A DNA stretch of 63,511 bases, filler included, from Reticulomyxa filosa (taxonomy: Eukaryota > Protista > Foraminifera), in assembly GCA_000512085.1 (NCBI GenBank). It is 18 parts of 18 records of this genome, joined end to end, with 100 filler letters (N's around TTAATTAATTAA, not from the genome) between each part and the next. Parts side by side here need not be neighbours in the genome. Positions count along the whole stretch, not along the records: positions 23,777 to 30,628 come from ASPP01007624.1; positions 30,729 to 33,779 come from ASPP01041555.1; positions 33,880 to 42,261 come from ASPP01045170.1; 15 more parts are not named here. One strand, 5' to 3'. Position numbers and translations under genes: made by a program. The notes beneath the pieces were generated by a model that ran no database searches, was not told where the DNA came from, and was given only the letters and a program-made list of their open reading frames with translations. This document shows, piece by piece, positions 23,818 through 37,929 of the stretch. Every line of letters starts with the position of its first letter. The first letter of the stretch is position 1.

Positions 23818-24596
23818 AACAATTGAGAGCTACGTTATCGTCTCGGTTGGTACTCCACGCGTTGGAAGAGCAGCTATTTTCTTGTGAGCAGGAAACGGTA
23901 AGTTGGGTGCCACTGTTGAAGGACACAGTATTGCCAGCGCAACTGTTCTGGCTTTCGCAATTAAACGTCAGCTTTGAAACGGTGTTAAAGTAGGCCCCAA
24001 TGCCCATACATGCGAATGGCCCGCGACAGATGACGTCCAGTGCTTCACTGAACGTCACCATCCACGTGTTTTCCTCACAACTCGATCCGTACTCGCCTGG
24101 GTCGCAAGTTATCGACACTTGTGTCGCATTTGTTATGCGCAAGTCCAACGAAAACACGCACCTCCGGCACAATTAATTTGGACCACTTTCGCTTCCGAGT
24201 TTACCCCTTTTTAAATAATTGGTCAATTTTTTTTTTTTTTAAAGTAACTTCGAAATTAATGATTCCTTTTTAATACTCCCCCTTTTCAACTTTTCAAACC
24301 TCTCCTTTTTTTTTTTAAACACAGAAGATAACGAAACGAATGAGTTCAGTCGCTACGTTGTCGACAGTGTTCAAGACCAGCTTGGAAACAAGAGGCCCTG
24401 CGTTAATGGTCAGGTTCGCACACGCCAACTTCGTTTTACATGTCAATTCGCAAGAGAAACTACCCGTTGTGGGACAATTAAATGTCGTGTTCTGGCATAG
24501 GTTGCCGTCGCAAGTGTAACTGCAGTTTGCAGCGGGACAATTATATGAATTCGCCACTGTTCCCAAGAGGAAAAAAGCAAATAATTGAACGAGCAT
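23816..24596 (-). CDS. Cys-rich secreted/surface protein, two visible exons
   Basis: Signal peptide MLVQLFAFFLLGTVANS and repeating C-x4-5-C units (CESQNSC, CSQENSC, CRGPFAC). Confidence 0.75.
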
Positions 24597-27500
24597 GTTG
24601 CTTATTTTTTACTTATCGATGTATTTACCAAGAATTTTTTATTTTCCTCCTTTCAAGCACTAAACCGTAACAAGAGATACCTTGCTTAACAACCAGTTTT
24701 TCTTTACTTACTGGTGCAGGGCTGAATCCTTGCTGACAAATTTACAAAAAATCACATTAAAGATAAATTATAAACCATAAAAATTTAAGCTTGGAGAAGT
24801 GTGTGAAATATCTGAAGTATCCTAGCAAATACTATCCAATTCCGGACATGGGTGCATAAAAGTAGATTTAATATGAAAGGGCCATCTTTTTACTCCAACT
24901 AATGCACAAAATAAAAAAATTAAACGATATCAACCTTTTTTCTGCAAAGAAGATATCTGTTAAATTGATTTACGAAAATTTCATCCACCACAAAAATTGT
25001 TGTTTATTATATATGACTATATTATGGTGGATGTGGAAAAAACTTTTACAGTAGTCAATGGTATTTGATTTCATATTCTTCTTATTTTTTTTTTTTTTGT
25101 TTTGTTATTGTATATGAAACAAAATAAACATATTATATATCATCGTTTTATATGAATCACATTTTTTATTTTGAAATAAATTATTTTTGGTTTTATAGAA
25201 GAATAATATTTTAGTTTTTTGTTGAAAAAACATGTAAAAAATAATTTACAGTATAATTTTGATTTGCTTTTGTTGTTGTAAACTTGTAGAATTGCAACAT
25301 AAAAGCAATACAATCGATGTGACATCAAAATATCAATTCATTGAATTTGCAACACATATTTATGTTGTTCTCAATCTGACAACAATTGCACCAACTTGAA
25401 GCGACGGATTACAAATAAATAAAAACTAAAAAGCAACTTTTTCCGATTCTTTTTTGGAAAAGATTATAAGTATTATTAATTCGGATGCAAGATAAATCAT
25501 TGCATTGTTATGCATTTATGTTTATCTATTTATCAAATGAACACAACATCATGGTGTATATTTAATTATTTACCATAATTGGCCAAAATAAACTTTTTCA
25601 TTTTTTTTTTCTTTAAAAAGACAGGAACAGATTTAACTTCATTGTTCATGATTGTTTGTTCCACATGAAAATTGAATTGGTTTACATTTTTTTATGCACT
25701 TCTCCACATTATGATTTTAATTTTGTATTTCTAATATTGATAGATGTGTAATTGGAATGAAGAAAAATTTGAATAAAATTATTAATTGTTAAAAGAACTA
25801 CTTTTAAGGATGAACGTAATACCAAAAAAGTGCTATTTCGAGCAGTTCAACAAAAAATTGATATAAAACAAAGTGTGCAATTATTTAGAAAAGAGAAAAA
25901 TTAGCACAAATTGAAAAATATTGAATGACGTGATACAACTATATCACATATAGCATTTGATGGAGTGGACTTAAAAGCTAAAATATTGACAAACAACATT
26001 ACATTATCAAAGTTGAGTGCAAGGAAAGTATCACCACGCTGACTGAAACCAAGTCATTTTTGGGAGATACAGAATATTTCAATTACAGATAATAACACAA
26101 TGATTAGAGAAACATATCAAAGTGAAAATAAAATAATATTGATATGAAATAAATGATGTTTGAAACATTGAAGGTAAAAGAGAGAAAACAGTTCTAAACA
26201 ATTTCCACCTTATTGTTGTTCCTGTTTTTATTTTTGTTAGCTGATCTATTCCAAACAAAAATAAAAAGGCGTTTGTTAAAAAGAAGTGGTATTTAACAAC
26301 ATTTCTAAGATGTATGTGAAACCCAAAGCAAAAACAATTTTCAAACTGCAACAAAAACAAACTTATCAATGAAGATTGTTGTGATGGTCTGGTAGCACAT
26401 TTTGAATTTGTGATCCAACAATAAAAAATTGGAATTTTACCTTATTACAAAATCAACTCAGTTTTACGAAAAAAGTGGACTTTCCAAACAGCATCCTTTT
26501 TTTTTACTTAGTTACTTCCACACTTTGCTTTCCTTTGCTTGTTGTTATAGTTGTAAGAATCGTTTTCTCTGGTTTATTTCTCATGTGAGAATTAATCACT
26601 GAAAGATATCACAAGGTCGGTCCTGCAAGCGAAAACTTGAGTGAAAACAATAACAATCTGATATACGCTCGGACTAGTGTTCTTGGAACGATGTATTTGC
26701 ACTGGCTGTTAAGTAAAAAAAAATTTTATGAGCAATAATTGTTTATAATGTTGTGTTTGTTATTTTCATTCGACATATCACAAAGAGATTTTACGTAAAT
26801 ATATATCAAAGCAAATTGAAAAGATCCGGAGTTACATCAGTCCAAACAAGATTAGTGGTAGTAAATATTGATGGTGTCTTTAAAATTTTTTGTTGGTTGC
26901 GGCGATTGTGATGAAGCATCAAATTCAATGAAATTGTTTTTGTCAGACGAAATAAATAAAAATAATTTTGGAATTATTCACTTTGATGCTAGTATTATGA
27001 CGACTGCAGCCAACAAATGTCTTTCCGATCAATACTTTTATGATTGTTGCTTTTGTTTTGGGATTGCGGCCATTCGGGATTGATTTTGCTGATTATATAA
27101 ATTCGTTTCTATATCCGATGTTCGTTGTTGCCGATAAGTAAGTGAATGAATGGCAAGTCGATTGTTTAAATATCATTTGAGCAATGGATAGTATATAGAA
27201 ATAGAATTAATTTTCGATTGCATGTTTTTAGTTAACAATTAAGATATTGTTGTGATTTGTTTTTTTTTCACTTAAAAAAAAATGAGGCAATTGATGGAGG
27301 CGTAACTTAACGGTAAAGCACGCACCGAAAAACATGGTTTGTTGGGTCAGCCAGGCCCAGGCATTGCCCTGGTAGATACTCCAGTGGTGTACTGGGAGTT
27401 TTGCATGCTGTAAACATGCAGATTGTGTTGTGTTGAGGGTATGCGACCAGGATGTTGTACTTTCCACGCACAGTTACAATATACCCTGCAATCAATGTGG

Positions 27501-28728
27501 CCACACTCCTCTTGGTGCATGGTTTGCTCTAATAGAGACGTTAGCTGGTGCCATGCATTGGGAGACTTGCAACAATCCACGTGATTCACAGCGGTGAAGA
27601 AGGTTCGACTCCTTCCGTCATCCTATAAATATATATATTTTTTATTTTTCTTTTTTATATGCCTATTTATTTCTTCACAATATACTTCCACTTTTTTTGT
27701 TGTTTTGTATAGAATAATCGAACTCATACTTGTGTGAAAAGAGACTTTGTTGTGGAATAGAGTTGCTGGCAGGCTTGCTGGAGTGGGTCACTGTGTTGCG
27801 GATAGAAGATGATCATTTGTGGCATACTGTTCGAAAAAATATTCTCAAAGACACTTTGAGGAAAAAAATGTACCAAGAAAAAGTTGATGATGATGGACTT
27901 GGGTGTTTATGGTGCGAGTCCGAGAATTGTCTTGTTTGATTGTGGAGAATATCTGATATTTGCATCGTTTGATTTTTTTGTTAGAGGACCCCTTTTTTGT
28001 CTGTCGAATTTTTTTATTGATAGTGGTCATACTCATTGACCATTTTTTTTATCTTCAACGTATGCGATATCCAAAAAGCTGATTAAAACTACCTTCTAGT
28101 GCTGCTTCAAAAGAAATAATTTGTTGCGCGCCTTTTCAAAGTCTCCGTTATATATAATTCGCAGTCTTCATGTTCGCACATTTCAAATGTTGTGTGGTAT
28201 TCTTTTGAGTCTGTTATGTCGTTATTACTGCTTGAGAGAAGATGCTTACAAACGTTGGACATGTTTTTACTCCACACAACTTCACCAGGGTGAAGAAATA
28301 GTATGTGATTTAATGTTGTGTCATTCCGTTCATCAATGTAACAATAAAGGGGGAAAACGCCGTTAACTCGAACACTACTACAAGCTTTGTGTTTGGCTTA
28401 AGTCTATCAAAAATTGACAACTTGCAACTTGTTTAAACTCGAAACTCATGGCAACCTTTTTTTTTCATTTTAAAAGGTTTCTCGCTTTAAAATCACAGGA
28501 ATAAAACAAAAATGTTAGTAATTCAATAAATGCAAAGTGCAACGTTATTAAAGAATACTTACGTGGTTTGATATGCCCTTTTTTGCAAATTTTTAAAATA
28601 ATTTGTCTTTGGAGAAATTTATGTCATAAAAAAAACACTCAGTCACCAAAAAAATATGCCAAAGATCGAAAGGACTTGCATTGTTGTGTTAAATCGAAAA
28701 ATGAATTGAGAGAAAGGAATAATGCAGC

Positions 28729-30065
28729 TCAGTCTTTGTCTTCTTTTTCGACGGGTTCAGTGCTGTCTTTGAGACTAGCAACTCTTTCTTCCGCCAATAT
28801 ACTTTCAGACATTGGCAGAGCTTGAAACTGATCACTTTTCAGAAGGTCGCACCGTTGATAAAACAATAGATACGCCTCTGCACTCAATACTTGGGATATT
28901 GATGCTGATGTAGAATGTGTATCCGAAAAATAATACCACCCGCTTTTTGGTCCCTGTTCATTTCATACATCATCAACAACGAATTATATAATTTTGATAA
29001 GACTTTTTGGGGTTTTTTTTTTTTTTTTTTTTTTATGTAAGAAAAAGTAGAATTGGAACAATAAAGTGTAATAATAAAGGAAGTTGTTTACATTTGTTCT
29101 GTCTTTATGAGTATAAGAAATGTAATGCCCACCACCCATTCCTCCCAGATGAACAACAACGCCATATAATTGATACATGCATCTGTATGTGACGTTGTCA
29201 CTTCCTTCTGTGGTTTGTTTTGCAAATTGTGTCTTTGCATTATCGGTTAAAAAGGGAGAGATATCCAAATGCAATGGGAACCTTACAGATTTGGAGACTT
29301 TATTTAATCGATGACCCCTTTGTTCAAACCTTTTCAAATGTAAAGTGAGTACTTTGGGAGGTTTACTAATCAGCAAACGTTTAGTGGCATTGCACTTTTC
29401 CAGCGTCGGCAGTTCCTTCAGTCGTTTCATTACATACCGATCCTCTGCACTGAGCAATGATTGATGTTGTTTCAAGTTTTCTTTGTGTATCAAATCGCTC
29501 AAATCTTTCTCTTTGGCCTCGTCGTTATTCGTATCGTTCCCGTCTTCATTCTCGCTAGGAACATTGCTGGAACTTGCATCTTTTTGCTCTTTTTCTTTTA
29601 ACAAGTCTTTGCTTTGTTTTTTCTTATATTTCTTCTCTTTGTCATTTGTGGCCTCTCCGTTATCATTATTACCATCGACCTTAGCCTCTTCAACTTCAAC
29701 TTCAACTTTAACCACAGTCTCCTTTTCTTTGGACTCAGAGGAGTTCTTTTCTTGCTTCAGGTGGAATTCCCTTTTCAACTTTGCGATGGTGCAATCTCGA
29801 CACTGATACTTGTTACTTCCATGCAGCAGCTCCGCATCCGTGAACGCTGCCAAACAATCGAATATGCTGCAGTTCCCCTTCAGTCTCTCAAACCCTCGCG
29901 GAGAGGATGGTTTTGACTTGGCCACAGGAGGAGGAGAAGGCTCTGGAGGAGGAGGGGGAGGGGGAGGTGGAGTAGGGGTTTTCTCGCGACTATATTTCTT
30001 GTTTCTTTTGCTTCCTTTCGTCTATAATGTTGCAACAGCACCGCAATATCGCAATCAGTTGAAAT

Positions 30066-30105
<40 letters not shown>

Positions 30106-30541
30106 AAAAAAAAGTTAAATAATTGTTGTCATTTGTCTATGTGCATAGCAAAGTCCTTACCACTTTCCATCCTTTGTTGGAAGACTTGGCCAAGGCAAAG
30201 CGGGTTTGTGGAACGAACGCCTCTTGGACAGGGGCGGAGATGGGCAAAGATAAATCAAAGACTTCTTCAGTGGTTCGACTGGAGTTGGAACAGACCTGAC
30301 AGGTGACAATGCTTTCAATTTGCCCTTCAAACACGTCGTCGATAATGGTCAACATCTTGTACTTGTCAATCGACGTGTGATCGTGTGTCGACGTCTGCGA
30401 CACTTGCGAATGCCATTCGTTTGTGCGAGCATCGTTGCCCATGTGGTATTGCTTGCGGTAATACGGACATATCTCGTTTTTCAGCATTCGATTTGCCTTT
30501 GCAAACTCTTTGATATCTGCTGATTCCATGTTTGTGCCCAA
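28729..30541 (-). CDS. Ubiquitin carboxyl-terminal hydrolase, USP16/USP45-like (5' partial, multi-exon)
   Basis: FEGQIESIVTCQVC..DLSLPI, CLAAFTDAELLHGSNKYQCRDC, VLTLHLKRF, His box YQLYGVVVHLGGMGGGHYISY, and WYYFSD...EAYLLFY. Confidence 0.92.
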
Positions 30542-30728
30542 TCCTAGTCTAGATATGTATACGTATTATAGATAGGGGGGTTTTAATTTGAGGTGTCTTT
30601 TTTTTAATTAAAAAAAAAAAAAAAAAAANNNNNNNNNNNNNNNNNNNNNNNNNNNNNNNNNNNNNNNNNNNNTTAATTAATTAANNNNNNNNNNNNNNNN
30701 NNNNNNNNNNNNNNNNNNNNNNNNNNNN

Positions 30729-33725
30729 TTGTCTGCTTCGTTAACCATAATAGAGATATTATTCAAGTCCATATCACAACATTTGCTTATCATTTTGACA
30801 AACTCTTGATCATTGGAATGTAATTTCAATATAGCTTTGGCCAAGCTAGTCGTATCTTCCAATGGGCATTTCCATAATGTCTCTTGCATTATGGAATTCA
30901 CATGTCGCAAGGAAGTGACCAAATCTTGAATCGCTTGATGTTTACTTTTGCTCAATACATTCAATGTGTTCTCAAAGTGTGCTTCATCATTAAAATTTTG
31001 ATTTTGCACCAATATTTTTAATTGATCTTCACAACGATTCAAGACATCAAAGAGACCAATGTCCACGCAGGGTTTGGCGCCTTCACCTACGCATTCGATA
31101 CAAGCATCGTAACATTGGGATGTCTGTTCGATTGAAATATCTTCATTTGTTCTTGTTATTTCTTCCATTCGTGCCAATGCTTTTACATATTCTTTCCATT
31201 TCTCGTCTTCTCTTATTTTATCTTTGCAAGGATGATACTCTTTGATTTTCTCTGTCACTTTCCTCAACTCTATCCAAGACTGGAGTTGCTCTTTTAAATC
31301 AATCTCTTTTTTAAATTTTTGTTCTACGTCATTTGCAATCTCTTGTCGCTGTTCATCTTTATATTCTGGAAATAAATGCTTCATTTCATCTATCAAACAC
31401 TTTTTAATTCCGTCCGAGTTCTTTGAAAAATCAGTGGATATCCATTCCAAATCTTTATACTTGAGTGATCCATTTTGAAGGCCCTACACATCCATCCAGA
31501 TGAGACACAAAATAAATTGAATAATGAGAGTTTCCTCTTCTTTTTTTTTTTTTTTTCCAATAAATAAATAAAAAAAAAAAAAAAGTGATTGCAAACCTGC
31601 TTAAAACATTCCCATGTATGATTCATATTATCAAACGTTTTGTTAAAAATAGAGAAAGGTTTTTGATTCATAATCGATTTACATTGCGTATTGCATTTTT
31701 TCCACATTTTCTGGAACATCAAACTTTGACTCCGTTCCAATATGATTTTCATTTTTTCTTCACACGATTGCAATAGCTGGATTTCATCTTTATAATTGTC
31801 TTTCACATTTACAAAAACTTGAGCTTCCCAACTATCGCTCTGTTGTTCAAATTCCTTCACTCGATCTGGCAAATCATGTTCCAACAAATAATCGCTGTGT
31901 ATACTTTTGAATATGCGAAGCAATTCGAAAAATTGTTGATACTCGTTCACAATTTCCTCCAGTTTTTGTAATGATGACTTTAAATCCATTGAACAATGAG
32001 AAGAAATGTCTTTAATCTCATTCTGATGTTGCATTAAATATTTGTGAATATTAATAGAAAGAAGAGAGTCATTTGTGACTAACTGTGTCAACACTTTGCT
32101 GAAAAAAGTGGACAACTCCATTTGCATTGAATTTTCTCGTTCAAACCATAATCGACACTCAAAGCAGTAACTCAAATTTGAACAAAGTTTGTCACTTACA
32201 GGCTCTTCTTTTTTTTCATCCAAATCTCCTATCTTTGGAATGTTGTTAATGTTATTAAATATTTGTGGCCACAATTCCCAATTCACTGTTGCACATATGC
32301 CAATTTCCTCCAAGGTCCACTTCTTATTGTTCATCGACAGTTCATCGTGCCTTTCATTCACGCTTTCTTTCAGACGTGGATGATACAGCCTAGCCTTTGC
32401 AAATGTATCGGAGGACACCAACTCGATCACTTTGGAGTGAAATGGTACGTCTTGAGAAGCGTCCCTCTCTTCCTCCTTGTTACGTAGCCATTTGATTAGT
32501 GAAGATTGGAGTGCTTTCGAGAAGACACTATGATTACTTATCATACTCGAATCTGCCAATAATTCAATCCAAAATACGCGATTTTTTTTATTTTTTAAAA
32601 GTAATTGCAATATGTTGCTTGTTAAAATTTGCTTTTCATTTGTTTTTTCATTGTTTGCTATTCGCTTTTTTTTGTTGTTGTTGGACATTTCACGTTTAAA
32701 GACACATACACATATACATACATGTATATGTACAAAACAAAAACGAAACAGTCCATAGCAACTTTAACATTATAATCAACCCTTCACCTTCCATTTGATT
32801 ACTATCATAAAAGAGTTCAATTACCTCTATTATATTATCTCCATTGTTCCATCTATTCACACAAAAAAGAAGACATATTTTATCATTTGTGTAAAAAAGA
32901 AGTGTGTGTGTGTGTGTTTATGTGATACCAATAAACGTACATGCTCGATTGCTGTTGTACAAAGAGTAAGAATTGGAGCACGTTTGAAGGTGACTTCACA
33001 ATCATAGATTGAAATTCATTGGATGTAAAATTGCGCAAGAGCGTAGCAGAGATATCCGTAAAATCCTCGATACATTGTTGCATTTTACTAATGAATGCGT
33101 CCCACTTATCAAACTGTGTTTCATACAATCGCTGAAAAATAGACCAGCATTCACCACGGTTCCATAATTGCTTCCACGGATTGGATTTTTTTATTTTGTC
33201 GAACTTAGTGTTGTCGAGCAACAATTGCACAGTGACATCAGCGAATTGAGGATAAGATTGCAATAAATTGATCAGGTGCTTTTCAATAGAGATTTTGGGA
33301 GGAAATTCATTCTTCTTTCGCAAATGCAAATCTAAGATAAGTACTTCCTCCAAAATGGTGTTGTCAATGGAATGTAATTTATCACTACCAAAATCAATAT
33401 TCTGAAAAACCTGACTAAAAGGCAGATACTGTTGATATCCAATTCTCTGTATCACTAGTGACAGGTAATTGAAACACGGAACTAGCATAAATTTTTCGAA
33501 TGAAGTGCAGCGAGATTTTCTTTCAGTTTTGTGCGACGCAGGTGCATTGGTAGTATCAAAGATACCGAAATTATACTCTAGAATTTCAAATACAGACAAG
33601 TGAAGTGGCTCTGTTGGCTTCGCTTTGGCAAGAATGTTAATAGCAACAAACAGTTGTTTTACTGATAGCCATTGCTTCATGTCCCACTCTTTCCAAAGTG
33701 TGCATACAAATAGTGCTTGATACAC
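30729..33725 (-). CDS. Internal part of a large helical protein of unknown family (at least three long exons)
   Basis: Co-directional ORFs of 280, 431 and 257 aa separated by short AT-rich introns; both ends truncated. Confidence 0.7.
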
Positions 33726-33741
33726 CTAATGGATTTTTGTT

Positions 33742-33779
<38 letters not shown>

Positions 33780-35881
33780 NNNNNNNNNNNNNNNNNNNNN
33801 NNNNNNNNNNNNNNNNNNNNNNNTTAATTAATTAANNNNNNNNNNNNNNNNNNNNNNNNNNNNNNNNNNNNNNNNNNNNGATGTCACAATGAAAGATGGA
33901 AACCAAGTCAACAGAAGAAAACAAGAAGTGCATGGTCCAACAGCTCTCTGGATACCAAAGAACATATATTTACAAATTAGTCTACCTTTCATTTGAACAA
34001 TTGAGTCAAATATTAAGAGGACATACAATTGAGCAGATTGACGATGAAATGGTAGAACAAATCAACCAACAACTAACTCCAAACTCAATGTAAGTGCGAT
34101 CGAACCAAAGATGAAGACTATGTTCGCAGATTGCACCATCTTTCACGTCCGGTACGAACGCGGGTATATAGTTAACATAATGGAGAATCAGACTGCAAAA
34201 CAACAAATACACGTTTTCTACTTTTAAAAATGAGGAATATCACATTGCAAGTATATCTTACGCTAGGTAGTGCCAAGTTAAAATGCGGCACAAAAGTATT
34301 CAATCACTTACCTCAGTCTTGAAAAAATATAAATTATTTCTTTACTATGGGTGACCTTACATTTGTAAAAAAAACTAACATTATTAAAAATTCTTATGTC
34401 ATAAAATTCAAATGCTCAAAAATAAATAAAATTTATCATCTTAGAGCAACATCACTTTTGTTTAAAACAAACACAAAATAAAAAAAACGCTAGTATCAGC
34501 ACAAATAAGTGCACTCGTAACGTTAAAAAAAAAATTGGATTGGCATAGAATTGAGTATGCTGACAAGAATTGTTGTTAGTATCTGGCCAAAAACAAACTG
34601 GCTCACTAGTATCTCAATTTATTTTTTTTTGCTGACACTTGATTATCACTGCATTGTTTTTAGTTTGTTTTTTGTTTTAGTGTTTGAAATATTCGAGTTT
34701 TTGGATGCCACTGTTTTTTGTGTCGATTTTTACATCGACTGACTATTCGTTGTTGGCAGGATGTTGCTGTATCTTTGTCGTTATCAAAGCATTTGTTGTA
34801 CATAAAACTGCTTTTTTGGCGTTAGAATTTGAAGTATGCGTCGTTAGTGCCACTTTTATTTGGATCAAAGGTCTTGTCGAGCTACAAAACATTTTACTGC
34901 TTCAAAACTAGTATCCTGATGAGTTACAGAGAATGATTGCTATTTCAAGTAAAAAAGGAAGGTTACTGTCTATATTATTTTACTCTTAAAACAAGCAAAA
35001 CAATTGGCCGTGCTCTTACAAGCTTTGGTTACAACAAAAAAAAAATAATAATACAATAACAAAATCATATCAAATACACAAAAAGCCGATAGAATATTGT
35101 CTTTAGTTATGTTGTATTGTTGATGTGTGCTGACCGTTAGAGGAGGGCAGTACCTCAATAACTATGCAATATTTATTACTAGTTTTTCTCAACTTTTTTT
35201 GCTTTGTCTTCTGTTTGCTTTGTTTATTATTGTTAATTATCGAAATTGCTCAAAAGACAAAGAATTTTCTATTGTACGCTTTGTATCGATATATTTTCAC
35301 ATGATACCAAAATTTTTGATATTCGTTTCCTTGTTTCGTCCAGTTTGTATGAGTGTTTTATGTTTTGGAGGCTCTGTTTCTTGTTACTCCTACCTCTTGC
35401 TTTGTGGAAAATATTTAAAGACTAGTTACGCTTCCTTTTCTTCATTTGCATCAAATAACTACAATTTTAGGTCTTTTTGTTGTTAAAAAGAGAAATACTG
35501 TGAATTTTATGGAGCATTGAAGTAATTTGTAAGTTCAGAGTTGGGGAATAATTTTTTTTTTTAATTAAATTAACATTATGTGCAACAAACATCCAGTTAC
35601 AAGTTAAAAAGAACATTTTTGTTATCTTAAAAAATGTTATTGCAGAAATAAAACATCTGCTTGTTTTTCTGACATTTTTAATTACATTGCACAATGATCG
35701 ATAATCCTTGCACATCTATAATAGATGCTATTTTTCCAATGCAAATTGAGCCTTGTGCAGTCCTTTTCTCTAAAATTTGATCAGCTACTAGAAGGTTCTC
35801 GTTTGGCTTTCAGTGTTAATCTTTAAATAACTAACTAACTTATCGAATGATGTTCAATTTTTCCAATGCAAAATTATGCCT

Positions 35882-36098
35882 TGTTCAGAAAGTTTTGTGA
35901 AAAAAATAAATAACTAAAAATAACACATTTACAAAGGTTATCAGATTTCCACACCAACAAAGACTTCAAAATAAAGTCAATAACACAAATGTATTATTGA
36001 CAGTCTGTCTTTAGGCCTTTGCTTTCGTGTGGAAGCCGAATAACCCTCGTAACTATGTTACTTTGGCTATCATTTTTCTCTCAAAAACTTCCCCAACA
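35882..36098. repeat. Imperfect palindrome of about 215 bp (foldback)
   Basis: The left arm aagttttgtg...ttacaaaggttatcagatttccacac...gtcaataacac aligns to the reverse complement of the right arm gtattattgac...gtgtggaagccgaataaccctcgtaa...caaaaactt. Confidence 0.85.
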
Positions 36099-36752
36099 TG
36101 ACAATAGATAATCATTAGCTAATGCGAAACATTCAATATTACAAACCATAAACGATATTGCGGCTACTCCCATTCAGTCGGTATGCTTGATCAAATTTTT
36201 ACTAATTTTTTTTACATCGTCCATAGATTTTTTTTATACGTACGTATTGTTTCCCATTAACATCCCTTTTTATTTTTATGTTCGTGCTTGCTTCAAAGTT
36301 CAAATTTCCTTGTCCACATTGAGCCAGTTACAACACTCGCTTGAATGTCTCCGCAAGATACTCATTTTCCAGCTCAGGCACGCATCAATAGTTTTTTCAC
36401 GTTCGATTTCCAAATGTGGCTTTTTTTTGAGCGTAAGCATGTGCTTCTTCGCGGCCATGGATGCACAATTTTTTTGGAGTGCATGGTTATTTTTCCATTA
36501 ATTGGGCACTGATAACTCTCGAAAATGGAGCGTGTGTCGCTGTTAAATGTTTGTATTTCAGACAGTTAAATATCAACAAAAATATGTTTTTCTTGTCTTC
36601 CAGAAAATTCACTGTCTCACACAAACGACAGTGAACGCCTTTTCCGTTATCATAAAACGTAAAATTACCCGAAAACAAAATCAGGATTCACTTTCATAAT
36701 GTACAATTGCTCGTCTTAAAGTAGCGAGAAAATAGCAAAACTTAAACAACAA

Positions 36753-36812
36753 AGCTTTTTTGTTCAAGTGGCTTTTTGTTCAAGGAGCTTTTTTTCAAAC
36801 ACCAGCTTTTTC
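36753..36812. repeat. Short tandem repeat, about 16-bp unit x4 (gctttttgttcaa)
   Basis: agcttttttgttcaagt / ggctttttgttcaagg / agctttttttcaaacacc / agcttttt. Confidence 0.7.
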
Positions 36813-37929
36813 CTGCAGCTGAGTTAAATAATTCTGCAGCCATTAAAAATAAAGCATAGCGAAGTACTGTCAATTAAAGACAATTGAAGTTTCTTTAAGT
36901 TTTACATTTAAACGTGAAATGTTATAATTTTACAGCTGTGTACTGAAATATCTTTGTTCTTCATCCCTTTTCTCACTTTTGGTCTAAACTTCGGAATTAC
37001 TGACACTTGTTACAACAGTACTTAAAAAATTAGAATTATTTTTTTTTTTGAGCTCTGTATTTTTGGATAAACAGTTTTCATTAAGAGATGATTTGATACT
37101 TTTTCAGGTTCAAAGAACTTTGACGTTGGACGATAAATAATTTGAATTAAAATAAAAAGGACATTTATTGTAAATGTTGGCAACCTTTCATCACACAAAC
37201 AAGATACCAAACACTCAAAATAATCTTTTTTCAGCGCAGGGTATCAATCACAACACTCACCTAATGCCCTAATGCCAGGCAAAAAAGTAAACTTAAAAAA
37301 AAATGTTCAATACGCCAGAAGTGCACTCGACACCATACATAGAATAAACTTTACGTTTGTTTTAGCATTGCCAGAAAAAAAGAGTGAATGGGGAAAGAGG
37401 GCTAAGCTACAACATAAATGAATGTACTTATGTATTGATATGAAATTATCATAAACGGAAAAGAATATTGATTTAATTGATTGCATCAAAAACTTTGGGA
37501 GTCTCAAGAAAGAAGTGAACTTTTAGGAAAAGAGAAAAAAAGGATAAAACACATGACTAAAAAAAATCTAACAACATTTTTTCTTTTTCTTGATGAGGTC
37601 CAGCATTAGTTTCATATTTAGCACTTGTTTCAATAAAATACAGTCGTCGTTCTTTGGCAAACTGAAAAGATATTTCCAAGCTGACTTTTCTCACAGATTT
37701 ATTGTATTCATGTTTGAAGCGATTGGTATTTTCAGTTTCTTTTCATGTTTTAAATCCTCTTATTGTTGCGTAATATCATCTGCAGAGTTCAAAGCAAACG
37801 GAAACAGTAAACGATTGCAGAAATTTACATTATTTGTTTTGGAAATTTCGGCTTTATTTTCAATCGAAACACTTTGATAAATTTCCTTTGTTGTCAACCT
37901 ATTTGTATATTTTCGACTGTAAGCTCTTC

